Notes: generated by a model from the sequence alone, not told the origin. Counted from the stretch's first letter, positions 26,595-36,502 are shown. The stretch: 64,000 nt of DNA from an uncultured Nitrososphaerota archaeon (GCA_963703285.1 OY969807.1:192001-256000), one strand, 5' to 3'. A program made the numbers and translations.

Positions 26595-27674
26595 TTGCAG
26601 ACCCTCCCTAGAAAGGTGATTATCCTGCTCGCCGTCGTCCTGGTGGGGCTGGTGGCCATCTCCGCCTACTCCCAGCTAGCAGCACCGTCGAGCACGGGCC
26701 CCTGGAAGCAGTCCTTCGAATACCCTCTCGTCGTGGGTGGGACCTCGGCGGTCGTGGGCCAGTCTTGCGTCGACTCGGCGGGTTACGTCTACTGCGTCGG
26801 CGGTGAGGGCGCGAACCAGAACCCGACGAACTCGGTCTACTACTCACCCGCGTCCTCCGTCGGCGTCGGGAACTGGACGGCGTCGGCGAACCCCTACCCG
26901 CAGGCGATAACCTTCGAGTCCTGCGCTTCGGCCTCGGGCTACGTCTACTGCGTCGGGGGGCAGAAGGACTCGTCGGCAGACGACACGAACTCGTCCTACT
27001 ACGCCCCGCTCACCCCCTCCGGGGTCGGCCCGTGGGCCTCGAGCACGCCCTACCCGGTTCCCATCGATGCGCTCTCGTGCGTGGCTTCGGTTGGGGACCT
27101 CTACTGCATGGGAGGGGAGAACGAGACCAGCGGGACCAACTCGACCACCACCCTGACGGGCTCCGTCTGGTTCGCACCCATCTCATCCTCAGGCGTGGGA
27201 ACTTGGACCCAGGCAGCGGACTATCCGGCGCGTGTCTTCTTCCCGAGCTGCACCGGTCTCGGAAGCTACGTCTACTGCGTCGCGGGGGAGGACGCGCAGG
27301 ACAACCCTGTGAACTCTACCTATTACTCGTACGTCACCTCGTCGGGGATGGGCCCGTGGACCGCCACCTCCGGTTACCCCATCGACACGCTAGCGGAGTC
27401 CTGCGTCACGTCGTACTCCTTGCTATACTGCATCGGGGGCCTCGAAAGCGGGGGAACGACCATTTCCTCCGTCTACTTCGCATCGGCCTCCTCCGCCTCG
27501 CTGGGTCAGTGGCAGGCGGCGCCCAGCTACCCCCTTGGCATTGCGACGGACTGCGTTGCCGGCCCCGGGTTGCTCTACTGTGTGGGAGGGTACGAATCCA
27601 GCAACGAGGCCCCGACCGGCGACAGCTACTATGCCCTGCTCAACGCGACCGCGGGCGGGTCCTCTTCGACCTAG
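26595..27674 (+). CDS. Secreted/anchored Kelch-like beta-propeller with Cys-paired blades
   Basis: N-terminal TM/signal; six repeats of YP..SC...Y(V/L)YC(V/I/M)GG...YY....G.W. Confidence 0.8.
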   Translation: MQTLPRKVIILLAVVLVGLVAISAYSQLAAPSSTGPWKQSFEYPLVVGGTSAVVGQSCVDSAGYVYCVGGEGANQNPTNSVYYSPASSVGVGNWTASANPYPQAITFESCASASGYVYCVGGQKDSSADDTNSSYYAPLTPSGVGPWASSTPYPVPIDALSCVASVGDLYCMGGENETSGTNSTTTLTGSVWFAPISSSGVGTWTQAADYPARVFFPSCTGLGSYVYCVAGEDAQDNPVNSTYYSYVTSSGMGPWTATSGYPIDTLAESCVTSYSLLYCIGGLESGGTTISSVYFASASSASLGQWQAAPSYPLGIATDCVAGPGLLYCVGGYESSNEAPTGDSYYALLNATAGGSSST

Positions 27675-27693
27675 GCCGACTGCGGCCTGCGCG

Positions 27694-28563
27694 CTATTTC
27701 TCCGCCACGGCCTTCTCGGGTTCGAGCTTGGAGATTATCTCCGCGAGGGAGGCGGTCGCTGCCTCTCTCTCCTTCGAGAGCTGCGACTTCTCTTGAACCT
27801 CGGCTTCCAGCTCCTTCAGTCTGACGGCGATGGCGTCGAGCCTCATCCACTGCTGTTCGTAGAGCCCGGAGGGCGTCCCGCCCTCCCTCTCGATCGAAGC
27901 CCTGACCTTGTTAAGGTTCGTCCCCTCCTCTTCTAGTGACGCCACGGACTTCTCGATCTCCCGTATCTTCTGCTCGACTGGCTCTGTGGGCGGCCCCGAC
28001 CTGCCCGCGAGCTTCGAGAAGAACGACGCGGACTTCCTCTTCGCCTTGATCTCCTCGAGCGCCGCCTTCTCGACATCGATGTCCTTTGCCCTGGCCTCCT
28101 TCTCGACGCGGAGCTCGTTCAGCCTCGCAACGATCCTCTCCTTCTCCCGGTCGAAGGTCGACCTGATCTCAATCTCCTCCTTCCTGATGGCCTCGGCCTC
28201 CGACTGGATCTGCGAGGTGTCGACGCCCGCGGAAAAGCGCGCCGAGATCTCCTTTCGCTTCCCCTCGTATTCCGCGGGGAGTTTCCCTCCCTTCATCTTC
28301 GCCTCAAAGTCGTCCAGCAGAAGGTTCAGGCTCTTGAGCCAGTGCTTCAGGTCGTAGTTCCCCGGCCCCGCGGTGAACTTCTGAGCACCCAGGTGGGTGA
28401 GCCCCTCTAGGGTCCGGGTCTTGACCGCTGCTAGGTCGACCTGCTCCTCCTTCGCCGGCCGCTTCTTGTTGGTGCGGAAGTCGCGCTTCTGTTTCTTCAC
28501 CTTCTTCGAGCGGGTTCCCTTCTCCCCTGACCGTGCGCCACGGGGCGCGCTGCTGAAGCTCAA
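27694..28563 (-). CDS. Coiled-coil hypothetical protein
   Basis: 289 aa, E/K-rich heptads, basic N-terminus. Confidence 0.75.
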   Translation of the reverse strand: MSFSSAPRGARSGEKGTRSKKVKKQKRDFRTNKKRPAKEEQVDLAAVKTRTLEGLTHLGAQKFTAGPGNYDLKHWLKSLNLLLDDFEAKMKGGKLPAEYEGKRKEISARFSAGVDTSQIQSEAEAIRKEEIEIRSTFDREKERIVARLNELRVEKEARAKDIDVEKAALEEIKAKRKSASFFSKLAGRSGPPTEPVEQKIREIEKSVASLEEEGTNLNKVRASIEREGGTPSGLYEQQWMRLDAIAVRLKELEAEVQEKSQLSKEREAATASLAEIISKLEPEKAVAEK

Positions 28564-28665
28564 GGTACGCTCCCATGGGCCCCGCGCAGACTCGATTTAA
28601 GGATGGATGATTGATTCTACGGCCAGGGTCGGTGGCGCTCTTAGCGCCCTCGTCCCTAGTCATTC

Positions 28666-29499
28666 ATGAGGCATGGTACGAAGAGACCGCAGCGCGACCT
28701 CGCCACGAGGATGAAGCTCTACGAGGCCGTGATGCGGCACCGGGCGGCGGGCGAGAGCTACAACGAGATCATCCGGGCTGTCGAGGAGGAGCTCCACGTC
28801 AGGCTGAACAAGTCCCACGTGTCCAACTGGATTCGGAGCGACCACCTTCCCGACGGCAGCCTGACCAAGTTCGTCCCCGTGCCCACAGCGAAGCTCGGAT
28901 ACGTCGTCGGCGTCATGCTCGGAGACGGCTCGATGAGCGTAAGCGGCGACCACTGCTACAGGTTGAAGCTCAGGGTCGGGGACAGGGACTTCGCCCAGGC
29001 CTTCGCGGACGCGATCGCGGTCGTCCTGGACAGGCCGGCCCCGCACGTTCGATACCACGCGAAGACGAACCAGTGGCACGTCGACGTCTCGAACTACCTC
29101 CTGCAGCAGTTCCTGAAGAAGCCAGTAAGCGAGATCGGGACGGTCATTAGACAGACCGAGGAGTGCTCGTGCGGTTTCCTTAGGGGGTTCTTTGATTCAG
29201 AGGGGTGCATCCACAAGAGGAAACTGACCGTGCATAATGGCGATCTAACATTGTTGAATTTTGTGGCAAATCGACTCACGGCGCTCAACATCGAATTCAC
29301 AGGTCCGCATCTTGAAAGCGAAGGTGGACATTCGGTCATGATTCGTGGAATTATGAGGAGGCAGAACCTCAACGAATACATGTTGTACGTGAGAACCGGA
29401 TCGCTGACTATCTTCCATGAAAAGGTCGGTTTCAGCATTAGGAGGAAATCCGACCGTCTCGCTCTGGCCGTTTCCCGAGCTAAGTTCTCAAGAAGGTGA
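28666..29499 (+). CDS. Free-standing double-motif LAGLIDADG homing endonuclease with an N-terminal HTH
   Basis: LGYVVGVMLGDGS and FLRGFFDSEGC; C-terminal FHEKVGFSIRRK; no intein splicing motifs. Confidence 0.9.
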   Translation: MRHGTKRPQRDLATRMKLYEAVMRHRAAGESYNEIIRAVEEELHVRLNKSHVSNWIRSDHLPDGSLTKFVPVPTAKLGYVVGVMLGDGSMSVSGDHCYRLKLRVGDRDFAQAFADAIAVVLDRPAPHVRYHAKTNQWHVDVSNYLLQQFLKKPVSEIGTVIRQTEECSCGFLRGFFDSEGCIHKRKLTVHNGDLTLLNFVANRLTALNIEFTGPHLESEGGHSVMIRGIMRRQNLNEYMLYVRTGSLTIFHEKVGFSIRRKSDRLALAVSRAKFSRR

Positions 29500-29580
29500 A
29501 TATGGCTGTGAAAGAGAAATCCGACTCAAATCATACCATGATTAACAAATATGACTGTGTTTGGGCTATTTGCTGTAAAA

Positions 29581-29652
29581 AGGCGGGGACGGGACTCGAA
29601 CCCGTGTGAACGCGCTCTGCAGGCGCGCGCGTAGCCGCTCCGCCACCCCGCC
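29581..29652 (-). tRNA. tRNA-Cys(GCA)
   Basis: GGCGGGG...CGCGC-CTGCAGA-GCGCG...GGTTCGAGTCCCGTCCCCGCC-T cloverleaf with a U discriminator. Confidence 0.95.
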
Positions 29653-29800
29653 GCGAGCGCTCGTCCATTGTGTAGCTAATTATGCGTTAGCAGCGACGAC
29701 CGATTCACGCCTCCGGATCGCGATATATCCGGGACTAAGAATCATCGATGACATACTTGATAATCTTTATATCGAATCTTCATCTCGCCAAGGCCGTCGA

Positions 29801-30793
29801 ATGTTCTTTCTGGCGCTCGACGTGGTGGCTCCAACGGACCAGATCTGGTGGACGCTGCTCCGGTACTATCTGTTCCTCGGTTTTGCCGCTGGTACCATCG
29901 TCGTGGTGCTGATGTTCTACTGGATTTCGAAATACCACCACAAGAACGTCAAGGAGGCTCCCCAATTCCACGAGGAGCCCGGATGGGGGAACTGGAAGAC
30001 GGTGGTGCTGACTCTCCTGCTGACCGGCTCGGTTCTGGCCTTCGTCGAGTTCGAGACCTTCCAGTCGACCGGTCTTTACAACCCTCCGGCGAACGCGGAC
30101 CCCCCGCTCAACATCAGCGTCACGGGGCAGCAGTTCGTGTGGATTTTCACCTATCCGGACGGATACGTCTCATTCCATAACCTGATCGTCCCCCAAAACG
30201 CGGTGGTGATCCTCAACATCACATCGGTCGACGTAGACCACTCTCTCTCTATTCCGAGCCTGAGCGTCGCGAAGGACGCGATTCCGGGCGAGTACAACTT
30301 CATCTGGTTCAACGCTACACAGACCGGTCTGTGGGTCGACGGAATCCGATGCAAGGAGCTCTGCGGAGTTGGCCACGCCACGATGATAGGCAACCTTACG
30401 GTTCTCTCTCCTTCTGCCTACAACGCCTGGTACGCTACTACCATGCCCAGCACGACGACGAGCACCATTACCAGCGCCTCCACCTCGGGCACCGGCCTGA
30501 CCGCGACCATCACCATCCCCCAGGGCGCGGGCGGTGCGCAGGAGCTCAACTTCGCACCTGCGACGCTGAGTGTTGCCGCCGGCACGACGATCACCTTCGT
30601 CGACCAGGACAACACCGCGATATACCACGACGTCGACTTCATGACGGGGCCCTCGGGAGCGACGCTGCCCTCGACGTCGCCCAACCTGAAACAGGGTGAT
30701 ACCTTCACCGTCATGCTCACCACGCCCGGGACCTACACCTACGTCTGCGACTACCACGCTTGGATGAAGGGGACCATAACGGTGACCGGGTGA
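29801..30793 (+). CDS. coxB: Heme-copper oxidase subunit II (CuA) fused to a C-terminal plastocyanin-like blue-copper domain
   Basis: Two TMs, QQFVW, DVDHS, CKELCGVGHATM, then an S/T linker and H...CDYHAWM. Confidence 0.93.
   Translation: MFFLALDVVAPTDQIWWTLLRYYLFLGFAAGTIVVVLMFYWISKYHHKNVKEAPQFHEEPGWGNWKTVVLTLLLTGSVLAFVEFETFQSTGLYNPPANADPPLNISVTGQQFVWIFTYPDGYVSFHNLIVPQNAVVILNITSVDVDHSLSIPSLSVAKDAIPGEYNFIWFNATQTGLWVDGIRCKELCGVGHATMIGNLTVLSPSAYNAWYATTMPSTTTSTITSASTSGTGLTATITIPQGAGGAQELNFAPATLSVAAGTTITFVDQDNTAIYHDVDFMTGPSGATLPSTSPNLKQGDTFTVMLTTPGTYTYVCDYHAWMKGTITVTG
30479..30783 (+). repeat. 305-bp perfect direct repeat, copy 1
   Basis: Identical to 33645-33949 by manual comparison. Confidence 0.93.
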
Positions 30794-30796
30794 TAG

Positions 30797-33187
30797 ATGG
30801 TGGACCCCTGGCTTAAGCGCTGGCTCTACACGACGAACCACAAGGACATCGGCATACTCTACTTCCTGAGCGCTCTCTACTTCGGTTTCATCGGAGCGAT
30901 TCTCGCGATCTTCATGAGGGTGCAGCTCTCCGTGCCCCTGAACAACTTCCTTGGCGCGGGCGCGTACGACCAGGCCGTGACACTCCACGGGCTGATAATG
31001 ATCCTCTGGTTCCTCTCCCCGCTGGCCATCGCCTTCATGAACTACATGATGCCACTGCAGATCGGCGCCAAGGACATGGCGATGCCGCGCCTGAACGCCT
31101 TCGGTTACTGGCTCTTCGTCTTCGGCGGCATCCTCGCGACTCTCGGGTTCTTCCTGCCGGGCGGGAACGCGAGCGGCGGGTGGACCTCCTACGCGCCGCT
31201 CTCCACCACCTACACGGCCGGCCCCGGTCCGACCCTGGCCTTCCTGGGCCTTATCATGCTGGTCGTCTCGATCACCATCGGCAGCGTAAACATCCTCCTG
31301 ACCATAGCCTACATGCGCGCCCCCGGCATCACGTGGCGCAAGATACCCATGTTCACCTGGTTCGTCCTATTCACGATACTCCAGATGCTCTTCTCCTTCC
31401 CGTCGCTGCTTGCAGGCCTCCTCATGCTCGTCTCCGACCGCGTCCTCGGTACGGTGATCTTCTCCCTGCCGGTCTCGCAGGGAGTCTCCGCAGGCGGTTC
31501 AATACTGTGGGACGACATCTGGTGGTTCTTCGGGCACCCGGAGGTGTACGTCGTGCTGCTTCCCGCCTTCGGGATGATAACCGAGGTACTTCCGGTATTC
31601 TCGGGTAGGCCCCTTGCGGAGAGGAACATCATCCTCGCGGTTACCGGCGCCGTGATCGTCCCCCTCAGCTACCTCGTGTGGGAGCACCACATGTTCATCA
31701 CGGGGGTCAGCCTGACCGAGGACGAGGCCTTCAGCGTGGCCACGCTATTGATCTCTCTGCCGTTCGATGTGGTCGTCCTAGCGTTCATCAAGACCCTGAG
31801 CAGGGCATCGATCAGGTTGTCGGTGCCGATGCTGTTCGCCATAGGTGGCATCGTCCTGTTCATCATCGGTGGGATCACGGGTGTGTTCCTATCGTCATTC
31901 GTCCTCGACGTGGTCTTCCGCGGGACGTACTTCGTTGTCGCCCACTTCCACTACGTGATGGTGGGTGCTTCGATCTTCGGTCTGTTCGCGGGCATCTACT
32001 TCTACCTCCCAAGGATGACGGGCAGGATGTTCCACGATGGTATGGCCAAGGCCCACTTCATCCTCTCGTTCGTAGGGTTCAACGTCCTCTACTTCCCGAT
32101 GTTCTTCCTCTACGACATGCCTAGGCGCATCTACTTCTACCAGTCGATACCGACCTGGAACCTCCTCAACGCGATCTCGACGGTCGGGGCCTTCGTCTTC
32201 GCATTCGCGCAGATACTCTTCGTCCTCAACCTGTACTACACGTACAGGAGGGGCGCGGTCGCTCCGATCAACCCGTGGGGGGCGACGGGACTGGAGTGGA
32301 CCCCGGCCATCATGGGGGCATCGGGCGCCCACGATGCGGGCCCCTCCCCGGCCGGTGCAGGGTCGGGGTATCTTGAGAACGAGATGGAGGGGGGCCACGA
32401 GGGCGGGCACGAAGCGCACTACAGCTCGAGACCCATACAGCTCTCGGCCGGGATTGCGACGACCTTCTTCGGGCTGTGCCTGCTCACCTGGTATCAGACT
32501 TCCAGCGTCCTGATAATGCTCGCCGGCTTCGTCATCCTGGGCTACACTCTCATCGAGTGGGGCGCCGACGACACCAGGAACAGGTTCAAGTTCCCCGACT
32601 ACCCGACGGAGAGATGGCCGTTCAACAGCATCCCCAAGCTCCGCCTCGCCATGTGGATATTCCTCTCTTCGGACATCATCGTCTTCGGGGCGATAATCTC
32701 CAGCGACCTTTACCTGAGGGTGAACTCTCCCATAGCCTGGCCCCTGCCGGGGTCCATCCATGACGTAACGCTTGGACTGATACTGACCATCGTCCTGCTC
32801 ACGAGCGGCCTCACTGCGGTCCTCGCGCTAGAGTCGGCGAAGAAGGGTGAGAACTCGAACCTGATTCGCTACCTCACCGCGACGTTCGCCCTTGGGGCCG
32901 CGTTCGTGATTATACACGGTTACGAATGGTACGGCTACATCGTCACCAAGGTTCCGTCCTTCGCGCCATGGGGTGGGACGCTCCCGGAGAGCACTTACTT
33001 CTTCACAGTGGGGCTCCACGCGGCCCACGTCACTACGGGGCTGGTGATAATGGCCTACCTCATCAACAAGGCCAGGAAGGGAGGGTTCACGAAGGACAAC
33101 TTCACCGGCGTCGAAAACTTCGCGCTCTACTGGGCATTCGTCGACCTTATCTGGGTCTTCATCTTCCCGCTGTTCTACCTATTGTAG
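30797..33187 (+). CDS. coxA: Heme-copper oxidase subunit I+III fusion (A1 type, SoxM-like)
   Basis: TTNHKDIG, WFFGHPEVY, WEHHMF, VAHFHY, MPRR; subunit III motifs GLHAAHV and YWAFVDLIW. Confidence 0.95.
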   Translation: MVDPWLKRWLYTTNHKDIGILYFLSALYFGFIGAILAIFMRVQLSVPLNNFLGAGAYDQAVTLHGLIMILWFLSPLAIAFMNYMMPLQIGAKDMAMPRLNAFGYWLFVFGGILATLGFFLPGGNASGGWTSYAPLSTTYTAGPGPTLAFLGLIMLVVSITIGSVNILLTIAYMRAPGITWRKIPMFTWFVLFTILQMLFSFPSLLAGLLMLVSDRVLGTVIFSLPVSQGVSAGGSILWDDIWWFFGHPEVYVVLLPAFGMITEVLPVFSGRPLAERNIILAVTGAVIVPLSYLVWEHHMFITGVSLTEDEAFSVATLLISLPFDVVVLAFIKTLSRASIRLSVPMLFAIGGIVLFIIGGITGVFLSSFVLDVVFRGTYFVVAHFHYVMVGASIFGLFAGIYFYLPRMTGRMFHDGMAKAHFILSFVGFNVLYFPMFFLYDMPRRIYFYQSIPTWNLLNAISTVGAFVFAFAQILFVLNLYYTYRRGAVAPINPWGATGLEWTPAIMGASGAHDAGPSPAGAGSGYLENEMEGGHEGGHEAHYSSRPIQLSAGIATTFFGLCLLTWYQTSSVLIMLAGFVILGYTLIEWGADDTRNRFKFPDYPTERWPFNSIPKLRLAMWIFLSSDIIVFGAIISSDLYLRVNSPIAWPLPGSIHDVTLGLILTIVLLTSGLTAVLALESAKKGENSNLIRYLTATFALGAAFVIIHGYEWYGYIVTKVPSFAPWGGTLPESTYFFTVGLHAAHVTTGLVIMAYLINKARKGGFTKDNFTGVENFALYWAFVDLIWVFIFPLFYLL

Positions 33188-33195
33188 GTGTAGCG

Positions 33196-33462
33196 ATGAA
33201 AACAAGCCTAGCGCTAGGAGTCTGGCTGTACCTGGTCGTGGCCTCGGTGGTGGAGGTCGCCCTGTTTGAGATCCACCCTGGAAACCTGAACATCGACATC
33301 GGCATATCCCTGCTTGCCTCCGTGAGCGCGGTGCTCACCGCCCTCTTCTCGATGAACCTAAGGGAGGAGTCTACGGCGATCAAGTACCTCTTCCTGATAC
33401 CCGTCCTGCTCGTCGGCGTCCTGTTGATTACGCTGCTGCTCTCGTTTCCGATAATCCAGTGA
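33196..33462 (+). CDS. Small three-TM oxidase subunit IV-like protein
   Basis: 88 aa, hydrophobic, LFSMNLREE resembles the subunit IV FMHL motif; position in the operon. Confidence 0.7.
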   Translation: MKTSLALGVWLYLVVASVVEVALFEIHPGNLNIDIGISLLASVSAVLTALFSMNLREESTAIKYLFLIPVLLVGVLLITLLLSFPIIQ

Positions 33463-33467
33463 GAAAC

Positions 33468-33959
33468 ATGGGCTACAACATGACACGTCAATCGAGAATG
33501 GTCGTGGCGCTCGTCGTGATAATCGCCGTCGTCATTCCGATAGCGCTCGGGGCGGCCCTCATCACGGGCGGTCTTCCAGCTTCCGACCTTCCGACGACTT
33601 CTGTGAGCCTACCGATCACTTCCATCTCTACTTCGTCCACCAGTTCCACCTCGGGCACCGGCCTGACCGCGACCATCACCATCCCCCAGGGCGCGGGCGG
33701 TGCGCAGGAGCTCAACTTCGCACCTGCGACGCTGAGTGTTGCCGCCGGCACGACGATCACCTTCGTCGACCAGGACAACACCGCGATATACCACGACGTC
33801 GACTTCATGACGGGGCCCTCGGGAGCGACGCTGCCCTCGACGTCGCCCAACCTGAAACAGGGTGATACCTTCACCGTCATGCTCACCACGCCCGGGACCT
33901 ACACCTACGTCTGCGACTACCACGCTTGGATGAAGGGGACCATAACGGTCACGGGCTGA
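33468..33959 (+). CDS. Membrane-anchored blue-copper (plastocyanin/azurin-like) protein
   Basis: TM anchor, S/T linker, H...YVCDYHAWM type-1 Cu ligands. Confidence 0.92.
   Translation: MGYNMTRQSRMVVALVVIIAVVIPIALGAALITGGLPASDLPTTSVSLPITSISTSSTSSTSGTGLTATITIPQGAGGAQELNFAPATLSVAAGTTITFVDQDNTAIYHDVDFMTGPSGATLPSTSPNLKQGDTFTVMLTTPGTYTYVCDYHAWMKGTITVTG
33645..33949 (+). repeat. 305-bp perfect direct repeat, copy 2
   Basis: Identical to 30479-30783. Confidence 0.93.
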
Positions 33960-34097
33960 TATCATCGTTACCGCAACAGGTTTAAGACGGCAGACACAGC
34001 GTCGGCGAAGGCGCCCGAATTGCCGCGCTCCCCGAACTCCTCAGGTGCATCGTGGGTCGGGGCACCTCGCAGTCTGCCATCCTCTGAGGGCAGAGGC

Positions 34098-34532
34098 GTG
34101 TCCTCTCTCGGGAAGAAGCTGTCCCTCTCGACAATCATCATCCTTGTCATAGCCGTCGCCGCGGGAATCGGGGCGTACTACGGAGGCGGCCCGACGCCAC
34201 CTTCCGCGAGCGTGACGACGGACGCTTGCTCCGCCCAGGGAGTGCAGCTGGTTCTCCCGCAGAACCTTGAGACGCGCGCGGGCCAACTCATCCAGCCGCC
34301 GACCCTTGTCCTCGTCATCGGCGTCAATAACACGATGGTCTGGAACGATCAGGACCCGGTCGAGTCCGACACGGTGATCTCCTCTGTGGTGCCACAGGGG
34401 GCGCTGCAGTGGGACATCGAGGGGATGACTGCGGGCAACACCTACTGCACGACCCTGACGGTGCCTGGGACATACATCTACAAGATTGACACCTTCGTCC
34501 CCGTCTTCATCACGGTGAAGTCGCTTCAGTAA
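34098..34532 (+). CDS. Membrane-anchored cupredoxin-fold protein lacking type-1 Cu ligands
   Basis: P..LVLVIGVNNTMVWND...TLTVPGTYIY but no C/H/M loop. Confidence 0.7.
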   Translation: MSSLGKKLSLSTIIILVIAVAAGIGAYYGGGPTPPSASVTTDACSAQGVQLVLPQNLETRAGQLIQPPTLVLVIGVNNTMVWNDQDPVESDTVISSVVPQGALQWDIEGMTAGNTYCTTLTVPGTYIYKIDTFVPVFITVKSLQ

Positions 34533-34878
34533 ACGCGCGACCTGCGTCTATGTTTTTTCTAACAAACCGCACGCGCCCGAATCTCGGCAGACTCTTTTTC
34601 AACCGATTTCAGCCAACGGCCCACGCGTCGCCTCTGCCCATCGGACAAAGCGTTTCGATTCTATCTTCTAATCATGTCCCTCACCAGCGCGCATCGGCAG
34701 TTTTCGAGTTGCGGGCAAAAATCTGAGAAATGGCGATTGTGTTCTGAGGGGTGGTTTCCTCCTATGCTATTTTCCGGTCGCAAAAAGTCTCTGTTTTCCC
34801 TAAAAACCTCGATTCTTGCCGCTTTACCAAGAGCTTATATACGAATGCCTACGCTCATGCTGCGAGGAAAAGACAGCT

Positions 34879-35028
34879 GTGGTAACTGGCTACTGCGTCT
34901 ACGAGAAGAAGAAGAACAGGGAGATCAAGAACCCGAAGCAGATCAAGCTCAAGAACGGGAGAGCTGCTGTCAAGGGAACTTGCGGGTCCTGCGGAAAGCC
35001 CATATTCCGTATCGGCAAACTGAAGTAA
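34879..35028 (+). CDS. Small DUF5679-like basic protein
   Basis: YCVYEKKK...KNGRAAVKGTCGSCGKPIFRIG, followed by a T-rich terminator-like tract. Confidence 0.8.
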   Translation: MVTGYCVYEKKKNREIKNPKQIKLKNGRAAVKGTCGSCGKPIFRIGKLK

Positions 35029-35098
35029 GTCGAGTCTCCCTTCCTTTTTATTTTCATTCAGAAGAGCTTATCACATCAGTCTCCGCGGCCCCACCGAC

Positions 35099-36502
35099 TT
35101 GGCCCTCCGTCTCTACAACAGCCTCGGGAGAAAGGTCAGCCTCTTCACGCCGATGGTGGAGGGCGAGGTACGCATGTACACCTGCGGGCCGACCGTCTGG
35201 AACTACGCTCACGTCGGAAACTTCAGGACCTTCGTCTCCGAGGACATCCTCAGGCGCTACCTCCTCTTCAAGGGCTACAAGGTGATCCAAGCCAAGAACC
35301 TTACGGACGTCGAGGACAGGATAATCGAAGGCATGAGGAAGACGGGGATGACGCTGAAGGAGCTCACGGACCTCTACGCCAAGGCCTTCATGGAGGACCT
35401 CGACGCGCTGAACATCCAGCGGGCGGAGCACTACCCGAGGGCGACGGAGCACATCCCCGAGATGGAGGCGCTGATAAAGTCCCTCCTCAAGCGGGGATAC
35501 GCCTACCGTGCCGACGACGGCTCGACCTACTACTCAATCAGGAAGTTCAAACGCTACGGCAGGCTCTCGGGCGTCAAGGTCCAAGACCTCAAGGAAGGGG
35601 CCCGCGTCTCGGCCGACCACTACGAGAAGATGGGAGCGCACGACTTCGCGCTCTGGAAGGCCTGGGACGAGAAGGACGGCGAAGTCTTCTGGGAGAGCGA
35701 GCTGGGGAAGGGAAGGCCCGGATGGCACATCGAGTGCTCGGCCATGGCGATAAGGTATCTCGGCGAGAGCTTCGACATACACACCGGTGGTAAGGACCTC
35801 CGCTTCCCCCACCACGAGAACGAGATAGCGCAGTCCGAGGCCGTAACGGGCAAGAGGTTCGCGAAGTACTGGATGCACTGCGAATTCCTCAACGTCGAAG
35901 GAGAGAAGATGGCCAAGTCCGCAGGCAACTTCGTCACGCTTAGAGAGCTACTGGGGAGGGGTTGGAAGCCAAGAGAGGTGAGGCTCTTTCTGATCACCGC
36001 GCACTACAGGGACGAGCTCAACCTGACCGACGATTCCCTCAAGCAGGCGAGAGCGTCAATCGCTAGGATGGATTCTTTCTCGAGCAGGCTACGGGAAGCC
36101 AAGGTCCTTCAGATTGGCGTGGGGGGCGTTGTCGAGAGCCAATCCTTCCTTAGGGAGTTCGAGGGGGCCATGGACGACGACTTGAACGTACCGAAGGCGC
36201 TGGCTGCGCTTTACGGCTTCCAGAGGAGGATAAACTCTCTCATCGACACGGGGAAGCTGTCCAACCTTGGCAGAGTATCCGTGCTGGAGGCGCTTCGAAG
36301 GGCGGAATCCGTCCTCGGCATCATGGAGCCAGGGAAGAGCCTGGTCCTCCCGAAGGAGGTGGAGGGCCTTATCCGGGAGCGCGAGGACGCGCGCCGCGCA
36401 GGGGACTATGCTCGGGCCGACGGGATACGCGAGCGACTCAAGAAGATGGGGATATCCGTCGAGGACGTGCCGGGGGGCGGCACCTCGTGGAGAAGGGAGT
36501 GA
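35099..36502 (+). CDS. cysS: Cysteine--tRNA ligase
   Basis: YTCGPTV, HVGN, GRPGWHIECSAM, FPHHENE, KMAKS. Confidence 0.97.
   Translation: MALRLYNSLGRKVSLFTPMVEGEVRMYTCGPTVWNYAHVGNFRTFVSEDILRRYLLFKGYKVIQAKNLTDVEDRIIEGMRKTGMTLKELTDLYAKAFMEDLDALNIQRAEHYPRATEHIPEMEALIKSLLKRGYAYRADDGSTYYSIRKFKRYGRLSGVKVQDLKEGARVSADHYEKMGAHDFALWKAWDEKDGEVFWESELGKGRPGWHIECSAMAIRYLGESFDIHTGGKDLRFPHHENEIAQSEAVTGKRFAKYWMHCEFLNVEGEKMAKSAGNFVTLRELLGRGWKPREVRLFLITAHYRDELNLTDDSLKQARASIARMDSFSSRLREAKVLQIGVGGVVESQSFLREFEGAMDDDLNVPKALAALYGFQRRINSLIDTGKLSNLGRVSVLEALRRAESVLGIMEPGKSLVLPKEVEGLIREREDARRAGDYARADGIRERLKKMGISVEDVPGGGTSWRRE

Noticed and set aside
28666-29499. Intein- or intron-encoded endonuclease, or an att-bounded island at tRNA-Cys
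   Set aside because: No splicing motifs, no interrupted host gene, and I found no second copy of the tRNA-Cys 3' end.
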